DNA of 64,000 nt from Verrucomicrobiia bacterium. Lineage in GTDB: Bacteria; Verrucomicrobiota; Verrucomicrobiia; Limisphaerales; UBA1319. The notes beneath the pieces are model-generated. The model saw only the letters and a list, made by a program, of their open reading frames with translations, was not told where the DNA came from and made no database searches. This document shows positions 61,409 to 64,000 of this stretch, piece after piece. Position 1 is the first letter of the stretch; each line of letters begins with the position of its first letter. The DNA is taken from assembly GCA_963664225.1 (NCBI GenBank), contig OY760937.1, positions 5,472,001 to 5,536,000 of the forward strand. The letters run 5' to 3'. The translations under genes and the position numbers were made by a program.

Positions 61409-62570
61409 GAGAGCCTCATCCCGGCCTTCTCCATCTGGCGACGGAGAAGGAGGACTTTTTCGCGTTTTCTGGACGAATTGGGTGATTTGGAAAGTGCCGC
61501 CGCGTGGGGTTTGAGTGCGGGGGGATGGAACAAAAGCAAGTCAGGCCATGAGATGTGAGAAATGAATTGGATGTGATGCGGGCGGCGGGGTTGGGAGGAT
61601 CGGGCGGGGACGCCCGATGAACCCGCAGACGAGGAGGGGCCGCGATAATTGTTGCCGATCCAGTGCGCAGCCGCATGGGACGCCCCTACAGGGCTTTTGG
61701 TGATGGTGGGGACGGTTTACCTGGGCCTCCGCTCGCGGACTCGCTCCAGCCCAGGCTGATATATTTCGGCCCTACGGGCCTGGGAGGCATCGTTTGAATT
61801 TGAAGCAACGCTTACAGCGTAGGCGAATTCTGGGGGCGGGAACCCCGGGTGGCTCGTGCCTCGCGACCCGGGGCTGAGTGATGCAACCCGTTCCGGGTTG
61901 AGGACTGCGTGTGGACTTGAGTGTGCGGGGGGATGGAACAAAAGCAAGTTAGGCCACAAGATGTGAGAAATGAAATGGATGTGATGCGGGCGGCGGGGTT
62001 GTCACGGTCGACTTCGGGTGAATGAAAGAAAAAGAGAGCCTCATCCCGGCCTTCTCCATCTGGCGACGGAGAAGGAGGACTTTTTCGCGTTTTCTGGACG
62101 ATTGGGTGATTTGGAAAGTGCCGCCGCGCGGGGTTTGAGTGTGCGGGGGGATGGAACAAAAGCAAGTTAGGCCACGAGATGTGCGAAATGCATTGGATGT
62201 GATGCGGGTGGCGGGGTTGTCACGGTCGACTTGGGGTGAATGAAAGAAAAAGAGAGCCTCATCCCGGCCTTCTCCATCTGGCGACGGAGAAGGAGGACTT
62301 TTTCGCGTTTTCTGGACGATTGGGTGATATGGAAAGTGCCGCCGCGTGGGGTTTGAGTGCGGGGGGATGGAACAAAAGCAAGTTAGGCCACGAGATGTGC
62401 GAAATGCATTGGATGTGATGCGGGCGGCGGGGTTGTCACGGTCGACTTGGGGTGAATGAAAGAAAAAGAGAGCCTCATCCCGGCCTTCTCCATCTGGCGA
62501 CGGAGAAGGAGGACTTTTTCGCGTTTTCTGGACGATTGGGTGATATGGAAAGTGCCGCCGCGCGGGGTTG
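61409..62570. repeat. Array of ~217-bp direct repeats: one detached partial copy (61409-61593) plus about three tandem periods (61907-62570)
   Basis: GAGAGCCTCATCCCGGCCTTCTCC recurs at 61409, 62034, 62252 and 62468 (periods 218 and 216). Confidence 0.92.
61594..61900. repeat. Cluster of REP-like palindromic elements
   Basis: ATCGGGCG/CGCCCGAT, GCCC-ctaca-GGGC, CCTGGGC/GCCCAGG, CCCCGGGT/ACCCGGGG and CAACCCG/CGGGTTG inverted repeats. Confidence 0.65.
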
Positions 62571-63250
62571 ACGGACGAAGGAATGGGCGCGAGTACGCGG
62601 AAGGCAAATCAGGGACCAGAGGGCGGCAATATACCTGTTGCCAAGACGGTTGATGGAGAGCAGGCTACGATTGTTGTGAACGACGTGATTGCCATGGGAA
62701 CGGTCAAGCCATAGACCCAATCGGCTGACTTTGATCGGTTCGGGCGGGCACAGCCCTGGAGGCGTGATGGTGAACAAATCAGAACATGAGAAAGGGACAA
62801 TGCCATGGTTTCGACCCATTGGGTGCATGACAGAATTCTTCGGCAAGCGAAAAAGACCTTTAAAAGGGCATGTGAGTGTATACGAAACAAATATAGCTAA
62901 AGCTTCGGGAATGGCCGGGGGGCCGATTGAGGGTCCGGCAAAAGTCAGATCTGAAAGGACGACCGCCCTCATCCCTTCCTTCTCCCCCAGGAAATACAAG
63001 AAGGAGGAGTATTGCGAGCCCTTGGGTTTATTGGACGGTTTGGAGGATACCACCGCGCCGGATTATATGCCCCACACCGCCGACTGGCGTTCTGGCTGGG
63101 TTCGTATGGTTTAGGCTTTTACCAGCTTCCTGAATTTTGTCCTGCACCCCGACCCATTGTGAACCGTTGTATGTGATTTATATGCAATCATGTGCAAATA
63201 AATAGTGTAAAGGCATGGTCTGACCCCTGCCATATGTGGAGTATTATGCC

Positions 63251-64000
63251 ATGAGAAGTTTTTGCTCACTACTTTGGATCGCGGCGCTGTCGAGTTCGAT
63301 TTCGGCGGCCATTGGCGCGGATGGCCTCAGTTCGGTGGCCAGCAACGATGTGGTTTGGAGAACGTTGGGCCGTAATGAGAACGATTCCATGCCCATCGGG
63401 AATGGCGATCTGGCCGCGAATGTCTGGATCGAGCAGAATGGCGACGTGCTGTTGCTGCTATCCAAGGCGGACTCGTGGACGGAGATGGGCAAACTGGTGA
63501 AGGTTGGGCGGGTGCGGATTAAAATGGCGCCGAATCCGTTTGTCGGAAGCTCAAATTTTACCCAGACGCTGGCGATGGAGAAAGGGGCCATCGAGTTGAA
63601 GAGCGACACGGGTTCAGTGCGGGTCTGGGCTGATGCCAATCATCCTGTCGTGCGCATCGAGGCTCATTCAGAGCAACTGGCAAGCTTGGAGGCTGCTCTG
63701 GAACTGTGGCGAACGAACTCTGTCCCATTTTCCAAATCACCGCAACGCGGGGGCCTGTTTGAGTTTGGCGGACATGCCGTGCCGATTGACTTTGGCGCGG
63801 ATACCGTTTTCAACGAAGTCAACCGGGTCGCCTGGTGTCACTTCAACTCGAACAGCATTTATCCACTGGTCCTCAAGCAGGAGCGCTTGGAATCGCTTCT
63901 GGCCAAATATCCTGATCCGCTGCTGCATCGTTGTTTCGGGGCTTTGATGTCTGGGCCGGGGTTGGTGAAGGACAATGACCATCGGTTGCGATCCTCACAG
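63251..64000 (+). CDS. Secreted DUF5703/GH95-like glycoside hydrolase, 3'-truncated by window edge
   Basis: MRSFCSLLWIAAL signal peptide; NDVVW...DSMPIGNGDLAANVW...LLSKADSW...GRVRI; not in the ORF track because there is no stop in the window. Confidence 0.75.
   Translation, partial: MRSFCSLLWIAALSSSISAAIGADGLSSVASNDVVWRTLGRNENDSMPIGNGDLAANVWIEQNGDVLLLLSKADSWTEMGKLVKVGRVRIKMAPNPFVGSSNFTQTLAMEKGAIELKSDTGSVRVWADANHPVVRIEAHSEQLASLEAALELWRTNSVPFSKSPQRGGLFEFGGHAVPIDFGADTVFNEVNRVAWCHFNSNSIYPLVLKQERLESLLAKYPDPLLHRCFGALMSGPGLVKDNDHRLRSSQ

Noticed and set aside
61409..62570. CRISPR array
   Set aside because: Units are about 217 bp and near-identical along their whole length, with no unique spacers and no cas genes.
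61180..63133. Short ORFs in the repeat region (for example KESLIPAFSIWRRRR..., 62475-63053, 62689-63114)
   Set aside because: They are translations of repeat DNA with periods that break frame, and no recognisable domains are present.

Overview
Bacterial chromosomal window, most likely Verrucomicrobiota. That assignment is an inference from the LTD/CotH giant protein with a C-terminal YYRV domain, the DUF5069-like gene, the PQQ-propeller protein and the general gene style. Most of the window is housekeeping and envelope genes: GT4, yjbQ, rnd, hisS, HU/IHF, gcvT-gcvH, heptose/Kdo genes, RNase P RNA, a moxR-DUF58-batA-batB/C operon, alr, pepP, UDG, uppP and an olsB/olsA-like pair. Features worth a second look: (1) a translationally coupled luxE-like / MFS / luxC-like / queD operon with no luciferase or luxD; (2) a type II secretion / type IV pilus-like cluster with two tandem paralogous lipoprotein secretins, a PilM-PilN-like fusion and a PilB/GspE ATPase, but no pilin or platform gene; (3) a 3156-aa secreted mosaic protein (PA14, Ig, lamin-tail, CotH kinase, cadherin-like repeats, putative C-terminal sorting domain); (4) a 32-aa basic ORF absent from the ORF track, with its own terminator; (5) an apparently intact IS3-family element with a -1 frameshift site and a strongly structured 3' non-coding end, followed by a ~217-bp tandem repeat array interleaved with REP-like palindromes. 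All functional calls come from motif recognition by eye; no database searches were run.
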